Source: Oopsacas minuta
Taxonomy: Eukaryota; Animalia; Porifera
Assembly (NCBI GenBank): GCA_024704765.1
Contig: JAKMXF010000122.1
Coordinates: forward strand, 395,068-459,067
Direction of reading: 5' to 3'
DNA: 64,000 nt
The notes under the pieces were generated by a model. That model saw only the letters and a program-made list of their open reading frames with translations, did not search any database and was not told the DNA's origin. This document shows positions 40,901-54,528 of this stretch, in pieces; the stretch's first letter is position 1; the number at the start of each line of letters is the position of its first letter. The translations under genes were made by a program, and so were the position numbers.

Positions 40901-41879
40901 GACACAAAATAAGTTGAAGTCGATTGAAGTCTAAATCAAATTATCAATGTGTACTAGAGTAATTTCATTGTTCTGAATTTCCCCATATTCTATTGTAATA
41001 TTCTTCATTGACAAAGGTGTAGGACTGTGTTAGGTATGGTTTATCCTGGCTCTAGCCACCGCCTACTGCACTGATCCAGGGTATTATCTAATACCTCCTA
41101 TATGTGTTCGAGGCACAGGTTGCTGACCCTTCTCATCGGCCCATAGACAGAGTGGCCAGAATAAATAAATTTGCGAGCATCGGGAGCCAATGCCAAACAT
41201 GGCTCCCCGCCATCACAACTAAGACTGGCTGTTTAAATTTGTTATGATGTATTAGGTATCAATGAAAGGAATACTTGAGTAAATTGAATTTTGTTACTGT
41301 AATTCATAATATAAATATTCACTTAAAAGTGTTGCTAGAAAGTTCCGTCAATGGATTCCCTAATTCGGGGGTTCCCAATATTTTGTTGGCTATGTACCAC
41401 TTTTGCAAAAATTCTTTACCCGGATAATCCATAGATTACTTGCCATATCTAACTTTTAATATCAAGCCTATATATCATACACTTTCTTGATCTAGGGAAG
41501 TTGGTGCAACAATTATAAATCCACTTTCAAATGTCCATATGCAGCATACTAAACATGGTTAATCAACAATAATTTCTTGATAGTTGGAAAATAATTATCA
41601 ATGGAATTAAGGCCGTATTTCCAAACTTAGGGTTAATATGGTCTTAAGAATGGGTAATGGAAAATGCTGAAATTTTGAATTGAATTGATTTTCAGTCATA
41701 AAAGGGCATCTGGACATTCGATGGTTTACCAGCGTCAAACATTATCGATTGTTGGTTCGATATGATAATAGTTCTACAACAGTTCATTATTACTGTATCC
41801 ACTACTATGTAGTTGACCAGTATTGAAATGCTGGCCTTTATTATTATTAATATCAATATTATTAATATTAATATCAATA

Positions 41880-42290
<411 letters not shown>

Positions 42291-42307
42291 TTTCCGACGC
42301 AGCTCTA

Positions 42308-43619
42308 CAGGGTGTCTAATAAGTTATGTTATACATTTTCGCGCCTTAGACAGTAGCTATTAATATACTTATGAAGTAATCTTCTAGAATTTCTTGTAGC
42401 ATTTTTGGCGCTCTTTCAAATTATACCAAGTATATATCATTCAAGTTGATGATTTCCCAGAAAATCATGTTAGAAGAAATTCGTTCAAAAATTGTCACTT
42501 TTCACGAATCTGGATTTAGCAATAGTGAAATTCTAAAAAGGCTAAAAAATGATAAAGTGAATCCCATGTTGATCTATCGCACAATAAAACGATATATAGA
42601 GACTGGCAGCGTGTCCGACAGGAAACGAATTGGTCGTCCAAGATCCGCCCGCACACCAGCTCTGAAGAATAGTGTTAGATGTCGAATCCTAAGAAATCCC
42701 CGGCGTTCAATGCGAAGAATGTCTCGTGAATTCTGTGTCAATCACGAAACGATGCTGAAATTGGTTGTAGAGGACCTAGGAATGAAGTCCTATAAGCGGA
42801 AAAACGTACACCATCTTAACGACTCCATACGTCGTAAGCGACTCGAAAGATGCATACAACTAAAAGCCCGATTCGCTCCTGGGACTGAAGATCAGATTCT
42901 CTTCTCAGATGAGAAGCTGTTCACCGTTGAGGAGGCAAGCAATCGTCAAAACGAGCGTATACTTGCTTCTCGAAGTCAGGATATCCCAGATAGCATCAAG
43001 TACATTGATAGAGTCCAGAAGCCTCTTTCTCTGATGGTATGGGCGGGAGTGTCGGCAGACTCACGGACAAACCTGATTTTTGTCCCCCAAGGAGTGAAAA
43101 TAAACTCCCAGACGTACAGAGAACTGGTCTTGGAGCCTGAAATTGCGTCTGCGGGTGAGAAGCTCTTTCAAAACCATCCTTGGACTTACCAACAAGACTC
43201 TGCGCCTGCACATGCTTCAAAAGTATCCCAGAGTTGGTTCCGTGAGCAAAATATCGATTTCATAAGTAAGGATGAATGGCCACCATCAAGCCCAGATTTA
43301 AACCCACTCGACTATTCTGTTTGGGCAAACTTGGAGAGCAGGGCCTGTGCGAAATCTCACAAGAGTTTGGAGTCCCACAAAGTTAGTTTGTTGAGTGAAT
43401 GGCAGAAAATCCCACAGGAGGAGCTGCGAAAAGCTGTCCATCAGTTTCGGAGCAGACTAACTTCCGTAATTCATAAAAAGGGAGGCTATATTGAATGATA
43501 TTTGTAATTTGTAATTAGGGACATAAGTCCTAAGAAAATAGAAAGTTTCATGGCTTTACAATGGATAAATTTGAAATTATTGGGGAATTGATATATAACA
43601 GAACTTATTAGACACCCTG
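42308..43619 (+). mobile_element. maT (DD37D) element, full length
   Basis: 28-bp TIR CAGGGTGTCTAATAAGTT(A/C)TGTTATA(C/T)A, TA TSDs, 1312 bp. Confidence 0.97.
42467..43498 (+). CDS. Uninterrupted DD37D transposase (~343 aa)
   Basis: HTH region, GRPRSART, FSDEK, QQDS-37 aa-PLDY; no stops or frameshifts. Confidence 0.95.
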   Translation: MLEEIRSKIVTFHESGFSNSEILKRLKNDKVNPMLIYRTIKRYIETGSVSDRKRIGRPRSARTPALKNSVRCRILRNPRRSMRRMSREFCVNHETMLKLVVEDLGMKSYKRKNVHHLNDSIRRKRLERCIQLKARFAPGTEDQILFSDEKLFTVEEASNRQNERILASRSQDIPDSIKYIDRVQKPLSLMVWAGVSADSRTNLIFVPQGVKINSQTYRELVLEPEIASAGEKLFQNHPWTYQQDSAPAHASKVSQSWFREQNIDFISKDEWPPSSPDLNPLDYSVWANLESRACAKSHKSLESHKVSLLSEWQKIPQEELRKAVHQFRSRLTSVIHKKGGYIE

Positions 43620-43985
43620 TACGGCAAAAATTGGTCAGAATCAAGGTGTTGCAATATTGTCGTAATTTATTTTATTATTCTGTGATGTGGATGAAAGAAA
43701 GGCAATTCGATTAGAAGCAGGACTGTCCAGAGGTTGCTCTTGGATAGTCTCCTGCTAAAAGTGTCACATTGGAATGTGGCCATTTGCCCCGATTAAGAGG
43801 ATAAATGTCTTGACCCAATTACAGGGAGTATATTAACACCATTAACATGGTTCTACTTCTGGCCAAGTGACTTGATTAACTAGATTGAACCGATTAACCG
43901 GTCACTCGTTAAAACGAAATCTACTCAACATGATTTGGGTAAAGACCTGAAGAGCTTGTGAAATGCTGAATTAGCGTAAAGATAA

Positions 43986-46302
43986 CACTGCCCTGCGTCA
44001 AATTTGCTGATTATTATCCGTGGGTTGTTTTTAGTTAGCTTGAGTATGCTGATTCTCAATCTGTCATCAGAATTCCCCTATCACATCTCGTTTTTATACA
44101 AATGTCATTTTAATGTAAGTCGATTTTTTTAAGTACACTTCCCTAGAATAAATGATTATATTTGATACATGTGTGAATTTTCGTCTTTTGAAATAAACAG
44201 ATGCGTGCTTTATTGCATTTTCTAATTAGTCCCTTTAACTCCATTCTTTTCTACATAATTTGTTTTATTTTTATTTTTGTTATATACAGCTTTATTGTAC
44301 TATAGTCTACTATTTTGATATTTTATTATCATATGGCTTATCGGAGAAGGTGTACTAATGATCCAGACGTCTTTTGTTATATTTGTGGGAGTTTTATGAC
44401 TTCTAAACAAACTACGGCAATAACAGGATTTGTTAAAAAAGCATATTTAGGATATTTTGGAATGAGATTAGGTGATCAAGACAAAACATGGGCTCCACAT
44501 ACAGTGTGCCGATCTTGTGTAGAAAATTTGAGACAATGGACAAAAGGAATCAGAAAGAGTTTAAGTTTTGGAATTCCAATGATATGGAGAGAGCCACAAA
44601 ATCACATTAGCGATTGTTACTTTTGTATGGCGACTATTTCCGGATTCAATGCTAAAACCAAGTCATTGATCAAGTATCCAAATTTACATTCAGCAATACG
44701 ACCCGTTCCCCATTCTATTGATGTACCTGTTCCAAAATTTACTAATTTGGGTGTTATCTCGGAAATTGATGATTGTGAAACTAGAGATTCATTAATTAGA
44801 GAAGATGAGGATTTTATTCCGTGTGTATTATCTCGTTCTAATTCTCCACAGTTATTTAATCAGTCTGAATTAAATGATTTGGCACGTGATTTAGATTTAC
44901 CTAAAGAATCTGCGGAGTTGTTAGGTTCTAGGCTAAAAGAAAAAAACTTGAAACTCCCAGAAACAAAATTTTACTCATATAGGCACAGAGAGATCGAATT
45001 TTTGAAATATTTCATAATGGAAGACGGATTTGTGTTTTGTCATGATGTTTCACCGCTAGTTAATGCTCTTGGATGTCCGTATGTACCTAATGATTGGAGA
45101 CTTTTTATTGATAGTTCAAAACAAAGTTTGAAATGTGTTCTACTTCATAATGGCAACAAATTTAGTTCCATACCAATTGGACATTCAGTAAGTTTAAAGG
45201 AACGATATGATAACATGAAAATTGTGCTTCATAAAATTAATTACAACCAGCACAATTGGGTAATCTGTGGTGACTTAAAAATCATATGCATTCTTTTGGG
45301 ACAGCAATCAGGATATACAAAATACCCTTGTTTTTTATGCTTATGGGACAGTCGTGCAAAGAGCGAATATTATTCTAGACAGAGCTGGCCAGCTAGAACC
45401 AATCTTAATGTTGGAGATAAGAACATTATCCACGAGCCTCTAGTGGATCCTCTCAAGATTTTGCTTCCACCACTTCATATAAAATTAGGATTGATGAAAC
45501 AGTTTGTAAGGGCATTAGATAAGGAAGGAAATTGTTTCAAATATATTACCGAGAAGTTTTACTACCTAAGTGATGAAAAAAGAAAAGCCGGTATATTCGA
45601 CGGTCCTCAGATAAGACAACTTGTTCGAGATGATAATTTTTCAAATTCTATGATATGCAAAGAAAATGTGCATGGAATGCATTTGTAGATGTCATGAAAA
45701 AATTCTTGGGAAATACGAAATCTCCTAATTACAAAATACTTGTGAATGAGTTGATTGAATCTTACAAGAATCTCGGCTGCAATATGAGTGTAAAAGTTCA
45801 CTTTCTTCACAGTCATATTGACTATTTTCAGAGAATCTTGGAGCTGTTTCCGAGGAGCAAGGTGAACGATTCCACCAAGACATAAAAACAATGGAAACAC
45901 GATATCAAGGGAGGTGGGACGTTCATATGATGGCTGATTACTGCTGGTGCCTCAAGAGAGATTGTATTGATGTTATTCATGCTAGAATGTCAAAAAAACG
46001 GAAATTTACTCCTGATTCAGACTAATATATTCAAATTTATTTATTAACTAAGATTATATTATCAATAAAAATTTATTGTAATTCTTAGTAAAATTTATAA
46101 ATGGCAGATTTTCACTATTTTACTTGTAGAGGTATCATGCATTCATCGATAAATATACCAATATTTAAAAATGATTTTGCTAAAAAACTAGACGTGATAC
46201 GTATATTTTACAACATTTTTCAAAATCAGAATTAAAATGTGGATTAGAAAATGTTTTGCAATAACAATCAGCAAATAAAATCTTTTTTTCCGCAGGGCTG
46301 TT
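43986..46302 (+). mobile_element. Chapaev3 (CMC superfamily) DNA transposon; transposase from 44333, two C-terminal frameshifts
   Basis: Ends CACTGCCCTGCG / CGCAGGGCTGTT, 3-bp TSD TAA; FCYICG, WAPHTVC..C, PMIWREP.NH..DCYFC, LPPLHIKLGL and WDVHMMADYCW motifs. Confidence 0.92.
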
Positions 46303-46391
46303 TAACCAATGTGATTGGGATCATAAGACAAAGTAATTAAGAATTAAAAGTACAAGTATAGGAAGTTATCTATAAAGACAAAAAGTATTAC

Positions 46392-46526
46392 CTTCCGGAT
46401 TAATTCGGACTGAGTTACGAGGGTAAATGTATCATCAGAAGCTTGCAACCCATACAATAGAACGTCTGTTTGCAGTGGTGATACAATCAAATCAAGTAAA
46501 TGTTGTCGGACATCAAAAACAAGTAT
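46392..46526 (-). CDS. Cadherin gene exon B (membrane-adjacent domain, second half)
   Basis: Acceptor tttttcAG, donor GTAATA; 135 nt, phase 0 to phase 0; ILVFDVRQH...QTDVLLYG continues exon A in frame. Confidence 0.88.
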
Positions 46527-47779
46527 CTGAAAAATATATGATACTATGAGTAAAAGATACAAAGTGGGTAAATCAAATAGGAATATATATATTACGTAAG
46601 GCTAAGTTGATCAATTCATAAAAATAATGAATAATTTATGGATAACTACTAATGTTATTCATTAATCATTAAGTCCAAAATGAATAATTTTCCTGAAAAA
46701 GTCATATTGCCTAATTGGACTAACATTGCATTTGAGTAACTAGTTTTAGACTATTTTCGATAGTTCGGACAGCGTGGAACGCGTATCCACTTGCTGTTCT
46801 TTGGCAGCATTAAGCACTTCGATATAATGTACCGTTATTGGAGATATTTTCAAGATCTTTAGTACATATCACTCGTAAAAGTATAATCAAAAGGAATTTT
46901 AGGGAATATCTGAACATTACTTCTCAATATTTGTTCACAACTTATCGAGTGACCCTAAACGACGCCGCTGGGCTAGTTGAGACTAGTTATGCACATATCG
47001 AAACTCTTATGATCTTGATTATTACGAAATCGACCCCAGCGGTCCCTCAATTGTATTTTCCTGAATAAAATACACAAGTAAAACTGAGTCATGTGTGGCA
47101 TTGGGTAGACTTAGAGAAACTGGCCGATAAATCAAGGCGATACAACTTTTTCAATTGGAAAATGTTAGAATCGTAAAAATTGCTCAAAAGCATAAGCAAA
47201 TATATACAATTATCATATGCATCACTAAAGTGGTCCAATCTTGAATTTTTGAATTCCAATTTTTCAATAATTCTGACTTCTGTCATTGTACGGTCAATTA
47301 TTACCAAAAATGAAAACAAGTTGATAGATAACCCTCAGCCCTTTCTACTGGGCCACCCGCTGAACTTTTAGAATCAAAACCCGAGTTATGACCTTTTAAA
47401 GCAGGGGAACAGAAAATTTAGCAGCCCTGATGTTAAATTTTATAGAAAAATAGATACTTTGTATAGTCATTATTACCTATACCTAAGAATTACCTTGAAA
47501 GATTATTCGTTTGCATATGGATAAACGATATTAGATAAAGTATGAAGTCGGTTAATTGACCCAAACGGAAATACATGTCATAGTTTGAGACAATCACAAT
47601 GACTCCCATTGTATAGAATCTCGTTTATCCCTAAGGAAAATAAGTATTTTTCAAGGCAAATCAAAGATCGTAGGTATGAATAACTATTAAAATTAACAAA
47701 ATTTCTCGAAATTTAGCAATTATATTTGGGACAGTTATCGAGATCTACACCTAGGTAAAATGAATAAATGTATATATAA

Positions 47780-48436
47780 CTATTATACAGAATAAAGAAG
47801 ATAACAGATAAGTATTAAATCTCAATCATTGTATGTTTGTCTGTTTGTTGTTTGTTTGTTTGTCCGTTGTCAAGGAAAGGATTTATGGTATGTAATTTTG
47901 AAATTGTCGCATAATTATGTATTTATCCTGTTTATCAAGGAAGTAAATAGAATTCAATAAACTTCACGAAATATATCGAACATGCTGAATCGGATTTTTA
48001 CAATTTTGGAATTATCATACGTAAATTTATTTTTGTTTGTATGAATACAAAGTAAGCAAATTGCAAAATTGAGGTAGAATCAAACCTTCAAAAACTATCT
48101 TTGGGTAATCGAGTATGCAGAGACCGAATATGGTATTGTAAACAACATATAGTGAATATATGTTTATTTTTAGGTACATAGAGTAAACAAATTGCAAAAT
48201 TGTTGTAGAAACATGCATTCAATAATTATACTGGGGTAATCGAGTATGCTGAGTCTGAATATTGTAAACAACATCAATTTTAATAAATCTCAATGTTGTT
48301 TGTCAGTTAGTTTGTCCGTTGAATACCTCGAGGCGCAATGCTTCGAGTTCATCGCAAAGCGACGAGCCAAAGGCTCGTTTCTGTTAAATATGTAAGAGAT
48401 ATAAAGAAAATTGAGGCACCGCTGAGGTCCTTCTAG
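47780..48436 (+). mobile_element. Helitron-like non-autonomous element with (GTTT)n and two ~130-bp internal tandem units
   Basis: Homology to 26079-26485; tandem units at ~48045-48275; ends with a GC hairpin-like GGCACCGCTGAGGTCC followed by CTAG|T. Confidence 0.6.
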
Positions 48437-49429
48437 TAAATAGTGTTAAAAGGTTAATACATGCATAACTAGCGGCGTCGAACCAGAGTCACTCAATATA
48501 AATTTTAAGATGGAATGTTGGAATTCTTGTTGTACATTCCTGCTTTGCTAGGGAAAAATATTCCTGAACATATTCGAGCTAACACTTAAATGACATGAAA
48601 GTTTACACTATGAAAGACGTGCTCCTTTATATAGATTTCGTGAAATCTTAGGAATTACCTAGTACTTATAAAAGATTTTCATGAGAACAGTAACACATGT
48701 TGTTTAAAAGACAAATCTCAGTATCGTTGACCAAAGTATATATTATGGAATAGTAATGCAATGAATATGTTACGAAGATTTTGGCGATTGCAGATACACG
48801 GCTTCTTTGAGCATATCCAAAAGCCATTCCTCCATCACCTTCCAAAAGCTAACATCTTCCGTGACATATACAAGTCTAACAATGTCAAAGTCCACTATTT
48901 CTAGATCAGGGGTTGTTAATCTTTTCGAAAAAATGACTAACTTTCCAATATAAGGTTTCGCGCCATACTGATGATTGTAAAACAGAACGAGGCTGATTTT
49001 TGGCACAGGGGTATTTTGGGCATGGCTCGACATGTTCGAGTATTTGAAGAGAACATACACCTATAACGAAATTATGACGTCATTGAGAGCTCTTTGGATT
49101 ATCGAGATCAATCATTAACCACAGAATTTTAGAGTGTAATTATGCTTTTTTATCATACAATTTATTATATTTTCACATATCTTGAGTAAATTCAAAATGG
49201 TCCGTGAGATTAATTTCCACTCTCTACTCTTACTAAATGGGCATGTAGACTTCAATTTTGAGATTTCAAATATGCATAACCAGTATTTTTAATTGTGATT
49301 TTCACACCTTTGGATAAATAATGCCTGGATCCACTTCACAGGCTGTAATTTCAAGCTCATTTTTTATTTTCCAATCGGTTATATTAGAACTATTCTATAT
49401 ATGAATACAGATGATGTAATAAATAGTAT

Positions 49430-51050
49430 TAGCTAAATTGCTAAATGTTCTAAGTCACTTATGCTACTACAAAGTGATATACCAAGAAGTAGAATGTATA
49501 GCAGAGATTTTTTAATTATTTTCTGGATAACTACAATTGAAAATAGCTTCCTAGAATGCCTGGGCCTACCCTTTTTCTCCCTTTTGAGGGTTCGAAACGA
49601 TAGCTGACTCATTTTCAAACAACAACGGATCCTGAATCACATCCACAACTTCTGCACTAAGCATAACCTCGCCCTAATCTTTTGAGTTCTTTTAAATGTG
49701 AAACTGCATATCGCAAACCACAGCTTTAAATAAAGTCGTTATGTGATTAATTTGTTCTTGGGTTCCATAACAAATTGGAAAGAACGTATTTTAGGACTAA
49801 TTCCATCAGGTAGACTTTCGAATAACTATTTTTCAAATATACTATTATTAGGAAGTTCTTGAAGTTATATCCTTAGTGAAAAGTTTGTCTAATGTCGACA
49901 CGAATCCCTACAGATTTGATATAGCCACGAGTGCACAATGGTGGATCTAAATCTAATTTCTAGTTACAGATGAATTTGCAGGATGATTTACTGATACTTC
50001 CTCTGTGGAAATAACTCTGTTGATAATTCTAGTTGTTTTCTGAAAAGACTAAACGCGTAGGCAGCTAACTCCCTTGAAATACATTTCACTAAGGTATTTA
50101 CAGGAATATCATCAAAAATTCTTAAACTCTGTTGAACACTTTTGATTTCACTCAATTGACGTCTCTCATGCTCAGTCTCTGTGGTATCCATAACGGTTTA
50201 CAGAAGTGAGATAAACAAGTTGTTCTTGATACAAATCTCTTAATCCAAGAATTATATCCTTCAATCAGTTGCGTAGTATTGACACCAGCATCAATACTGT
50301 CAGGATTAAAAGAATTATCCCATTTTTCCCGATGGAGTATAAACAATCAAATTAATCTAAGTACCAGTTACTTGAATATATTTCGTTAATATTTCAAATA
50401 ATTCACAATTGAGTATTGGGGAGTAAGTAGAGAATTACAAATTGGTAAATCGTATAAATTCAATTAAATAATTCACAAGTATGCCAGATAATATTCATTG
50501 ATATTTCTACAGAGATGCCAAACAAATAGACAATAAGAAGAATCAGGATATTCATCTTTTATCGCAATAGCTATTAAACAATTATCATCAGTCAGTATAG
50601 TATAATAGTAGTTTCACACAGCATTCAAAATTTCTCCATAATCCATTTGAAACTAGGAGCTGATTCATCCGCTGTAAGACATGATTTGAAACTAATTGTT
50701 TTCCCGTGATTATCCAAACCTAGAAATGTAGCAAGGGCGAGGTCTAGCAGATTTGTAGCTTCAAAATTACAATATCGCCAAATCGTTGCAAGTTTTGAAT
50801 ATGCGTCCCTATGCCCCAAAAAATGAGTGAAGCACTTTCGAGTAAATTACTCGAAAATGTACAATGAAGACAGGGCCATCTTTAGGTATTTTCTCAAACA
50901 AAATCAACAATTCTACTGACTTAGGTAATCCCTTTCTGTTTTCCGATGCTAGAAGATTATATATATCTTCCTTGATTATATATATTTTTTCCAACTTTTA
51001 TAGGTTGAAATCAACTTTCAAAATTTCATCAATACAAGGAACTGTATCAT
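49430..51050 (-). pseudogene. MULE/Mutator (FAR1-type) transposase remnant
   Basis: LATFLGLDNHGKT...DESAPSFKWIMEKF and TTQLIEGYNSWIK match MULE DDE-domain motifs. Confidence 0.8.
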
Positions 51051-51995
51051 AAGCTTAGCAAGTTGAAAATTATATTCCCACTTTCGTCCAGAAAAAACTA
51101 CAAGATGTAGACAAATACAATTTGATCCTGGGTAAGTAAAGTATGATTGTGATCATCTTGTGAATCTCCATAAATTCGCCCCCAATTCATATCTAATCCA
51201 AAAGAAAAGGGATTTTTTTATGACCACTACGCAGGATTACATCTAATATATAAAACATAATATATATGACTAGATATGTAATCCCTCCCCTTCAACAATA
51301 CGCGATCCCCAACAATAACACATTTTTTGAAAGATCGGAGCCCTCCACATAATTGTTAGCTCACAGTAGGTACGATTAGCATAAAACAGGTCAAGGTAGT
51401 TAGTAATAAACTCGACGATTTGACAACTATATTATGGTTATACATATAACGTATACGTTACGTATACGTATACAGAAATTGCTTATCCATCAAGTGCAGT
51501 TATGTGGTTGTACATACATTATGGCACCTCAGGAATGCCTGTCAAGTCGCACGATTTTGTCGTGAGAATCACGGTTTAAGTAAAGTCCTATTGTCCCACG
51601 ACAGCCTTTACTGTCTTACGATTTGTTTTTCCCACAATATTGAGAAAATTCATTACGATCACTGTGAAAAGTCAAAAACAAATGCTCGACAACCGTTACA
51701 AACACTATCCTGTGTTTTCAAGGCGAAATGTGCAGCAAACAAGATATTTTTGGTTCAGTTCCTGTGATTAGTGAAGCTCAAGAAATTCATGTTATTATAC
51801 ATTGTATTGACAAGAATATTTAGCTAAATGAAAATGCTCGCAATGCTTCCTCTGCCACTGGAATTTGTATATAACAATATATGCTCAGATAGCACATCAT
51901 ACAATATATACTGTGTGGAACAGGTAAAAGTTCAATGCTAAATATTTGAGGATAATAATAAATTTGAATAGTCTAGCAATGAACCAATAGAGATG

Positions 51996-52167
51996 CAGTG
52001 GAGTGTCCCAATAAAGGGCACATTTGGATTAGATTATGTCCTTTGTAAGTGAGATGTCCGCTTCTCAGAGATTGATTCAGATATTTAGATAAATTATTAC
52101 GTTCCACGAGCTTGTCCGTTGTAGATTAGTCCGCTTTTCGAAGTGTCCGTTTTGGGAGGCTCCACTG
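51996..52167. mobile_element. pogo/Tigger-type MITE
   Basis: Imperfect TIR CAGTGGAG..TCCCAA; TG/TA flanks. Confidence 0.65.
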
Positions 52168-53063
52168 TAGATCATTTTCTATTAACTGGGATCTCAGTAG
52201 CAAAACGAAGATGGTAATATTATAGACAGTAAATGTTAGAAAACAATATTCAGCCATGGCCTACTATATACACGGCTTCATAAGCAAGGAACTGTCAAAA
52301 TAAATTCCAGTCCATTGATTATATTCTCATTAATCATGAAGAATTGCTGTTATCATCACAAATTCAACTGTAAATAGGATTCCATTACCGGCGGAGACAT
52401 CGAGAATACTTTTTGAACCTGCAATTCAAGTTATTTTAAGTTTCTGGAATACTCAATTTTTGGGGGGAAAAAAGACAATTATCGTTATGATGAATTGAGG
52501 TATTGACGTTTCTCAGAAGAAAATACCTTATAAAATTTTCAATTCATATCATAATAATCAAAAATCACTGAAAAACAAAGTAATCACTTAAGTTGACAAG
52601 CTCTTTACGAAAGAGCAGTGCAAATATATTCCACAGATCCGTAATGTAACGTAAACTTGAGTTCAAACATAGTAAATACAGGACTAAATAGTTCCTTGTA
52701 ACGTGAGAGCCAGATGGCCACCGATAATTGAACTACATTAGATTTTGATACAGCTATATTGCCATTTCATTGTTAAATGTCACACAAATTTCTATAATCA
52801 ACCAACAACTTTCGCCCATAATATAATATCAAACATCATTGAAAAAAACGGTGGAGGAAGTGCCTATCCATATTGACTCAAATATCTCTCATTCAAGGAT
52901 ATTTACACTCGAATTATAGTAAATGGAGAATGGTGTTTATCAAGAATTCGCTGGGCCAACTGGCCCCACATATAAAGGTACTACTGTATATAACTTCAAG
53001 GATTATAGTAGTATGGTTAGAGTCTGGTAGTAAATACAAAATTATAAAGAATCACGTTAATAC

Positions 53064-53343
53064 CTGATAATTTGTTAATAGGATAAGCTTATTAACTAGC
53101 TGATCCAAACAAAGTCGGGTGTTCTCAATAGTTTGGTCAACTACAATCTGAATGAGGTACTGATTATCAATGACACTAACAAATACTGTTTCAGAGGAAG
53201 TCTTGGAGTCTGCCTCTGCTTGATCTGATGCAGATACAGAAAACTTAAGCAATTGTCCAACTCTGCCAGAAAAGATGACGTTAGTACGTAACAATCCAGA
53301 ACTATCATCAATGGTAAAGTCTGATGTTCCAGTCAGGGAATAA
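53064..53343 (-). CDS. Cadherin gene exon A (last cadherin repeat + start of membrane-adjacent domain)
   Basis: Acceptor ctactttAG, donor GTATTA; 280 nt; YSL..DFTIDDSSGLLRT..FSVSASD..TVFVSVID is cadherin-repeat-like. Confidence 0.9.
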
Positions 53344-53501
53344 CTAAAGTAGTAGATGCAATAACATACCATAAGTATTAGATATGTAAAAAATAGTTCA
53401 GAATCTTGATTACAAAAAAGAAAACTCAAAACAATAATTATCAAAGTATAGGAAATCTGTAACTGATCAGACCTATTTGTTCATAGGGAACAGGCAATTT
53501 A

Positions 53502-54100
53502 CAGGGCCGTCGAGAGCGAGAGCGGGCCCCGGGTCAGAATTTGGGTGCGGGCCCCCTCTGATATTTTGTTCCGTTATCGTGAAGTAAATAAGCTAAACGC
53601 AAACTATCGCATTCGTATTATATAAATATATTAATATATTTAATTAAATAAACCTATTTACTCTTATATTTTAGGAATTCTCAAATTGCCTATAGCTATA
53701 TAGCTATAGAGTTTATGATGTTAAGTAGTATAAATGAAAAACTATACTACAAAGCTAATACTTCAAGAGTTATTGTAAGAGGACATCACAGGTTGTGACT
53801 TATTGTTCTAAACAGTTAAAGAAACAAAAAGGTTATTAGCCTATTTACGCGCACCTGCCGTTTGAATCGTATCCCGTAAACTGAGTTAGTTATAAAAACA
53901 TTATAATTGATACAAAGTAAGTCAGGACTGGGTTTCTAGGAAGGATTAAATAACAAAGGTATTACTCAGCCAAGCGATGTCTTTATTTTCCCCTCTACTT
54001 GTCTACTTAATGCAGCAAATAAAGCCCATGCATACCTTCACAGACAAAATTTCTCTGGCCCCGGGGTAATTACCCCGCCTACCCCCTCTCGACAGCCATG
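53502..54100. mobile_element. hAT MITE
   Basis: TIR CAGGGCCGTCGAGAG / CTCTCGACAGCCATG; perfect 8-bp TSD GCAATTTA. Confidence 0.9.
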
Positions 54101-54528
54101 GCAATTTAGTAAAGTAAATTGAGCATTACACATAGATTGGAGATTGGTGGAAACAATATAGTACAATAATTATGTGGCTTAACCGATCCGCAATTCGGAT
54201 GACTACACCAGCGCGCTAGATGTTTCAGACGGGAGAAAAAGTTACAAGCATTATTGATCTCATCTAGAAATTGGCGCTTAGGGATCGAAGTAGATACAAT
54301 GTTCCACGATACCACTCAAATGGTTGAGGCATCGGGTGTAATCTTTTATTTTCTCGTATCTATGTTTAATAGCTGTGATTTGCATATTTTGAGGAATTGA
54401 GTTAACTCATGGACAGTCATATCAATGTAATCCACATAATGAGTAATTAAAAATGTTCGGAATACTTGGATTTAATTGATTGATAATTCAGCTGTTGATG
54501 GGATCGAGAGTTTCTTGACAACTAGTAG

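Noticed and set aside
43986-46302. Chapaev plus Transib co-location as a RAG1 assembly intermediate
   Set aside because: They are separate elements with their own TSDs, 10 kb apart, in a region dense with every kind of transposon.
48045-48275. Tandem repeats as a CRISPR-like array
   Set aside because: Two ~130-bp diverged units without unique spacers, inside a Helitron-like element in eukaryotic DNA.
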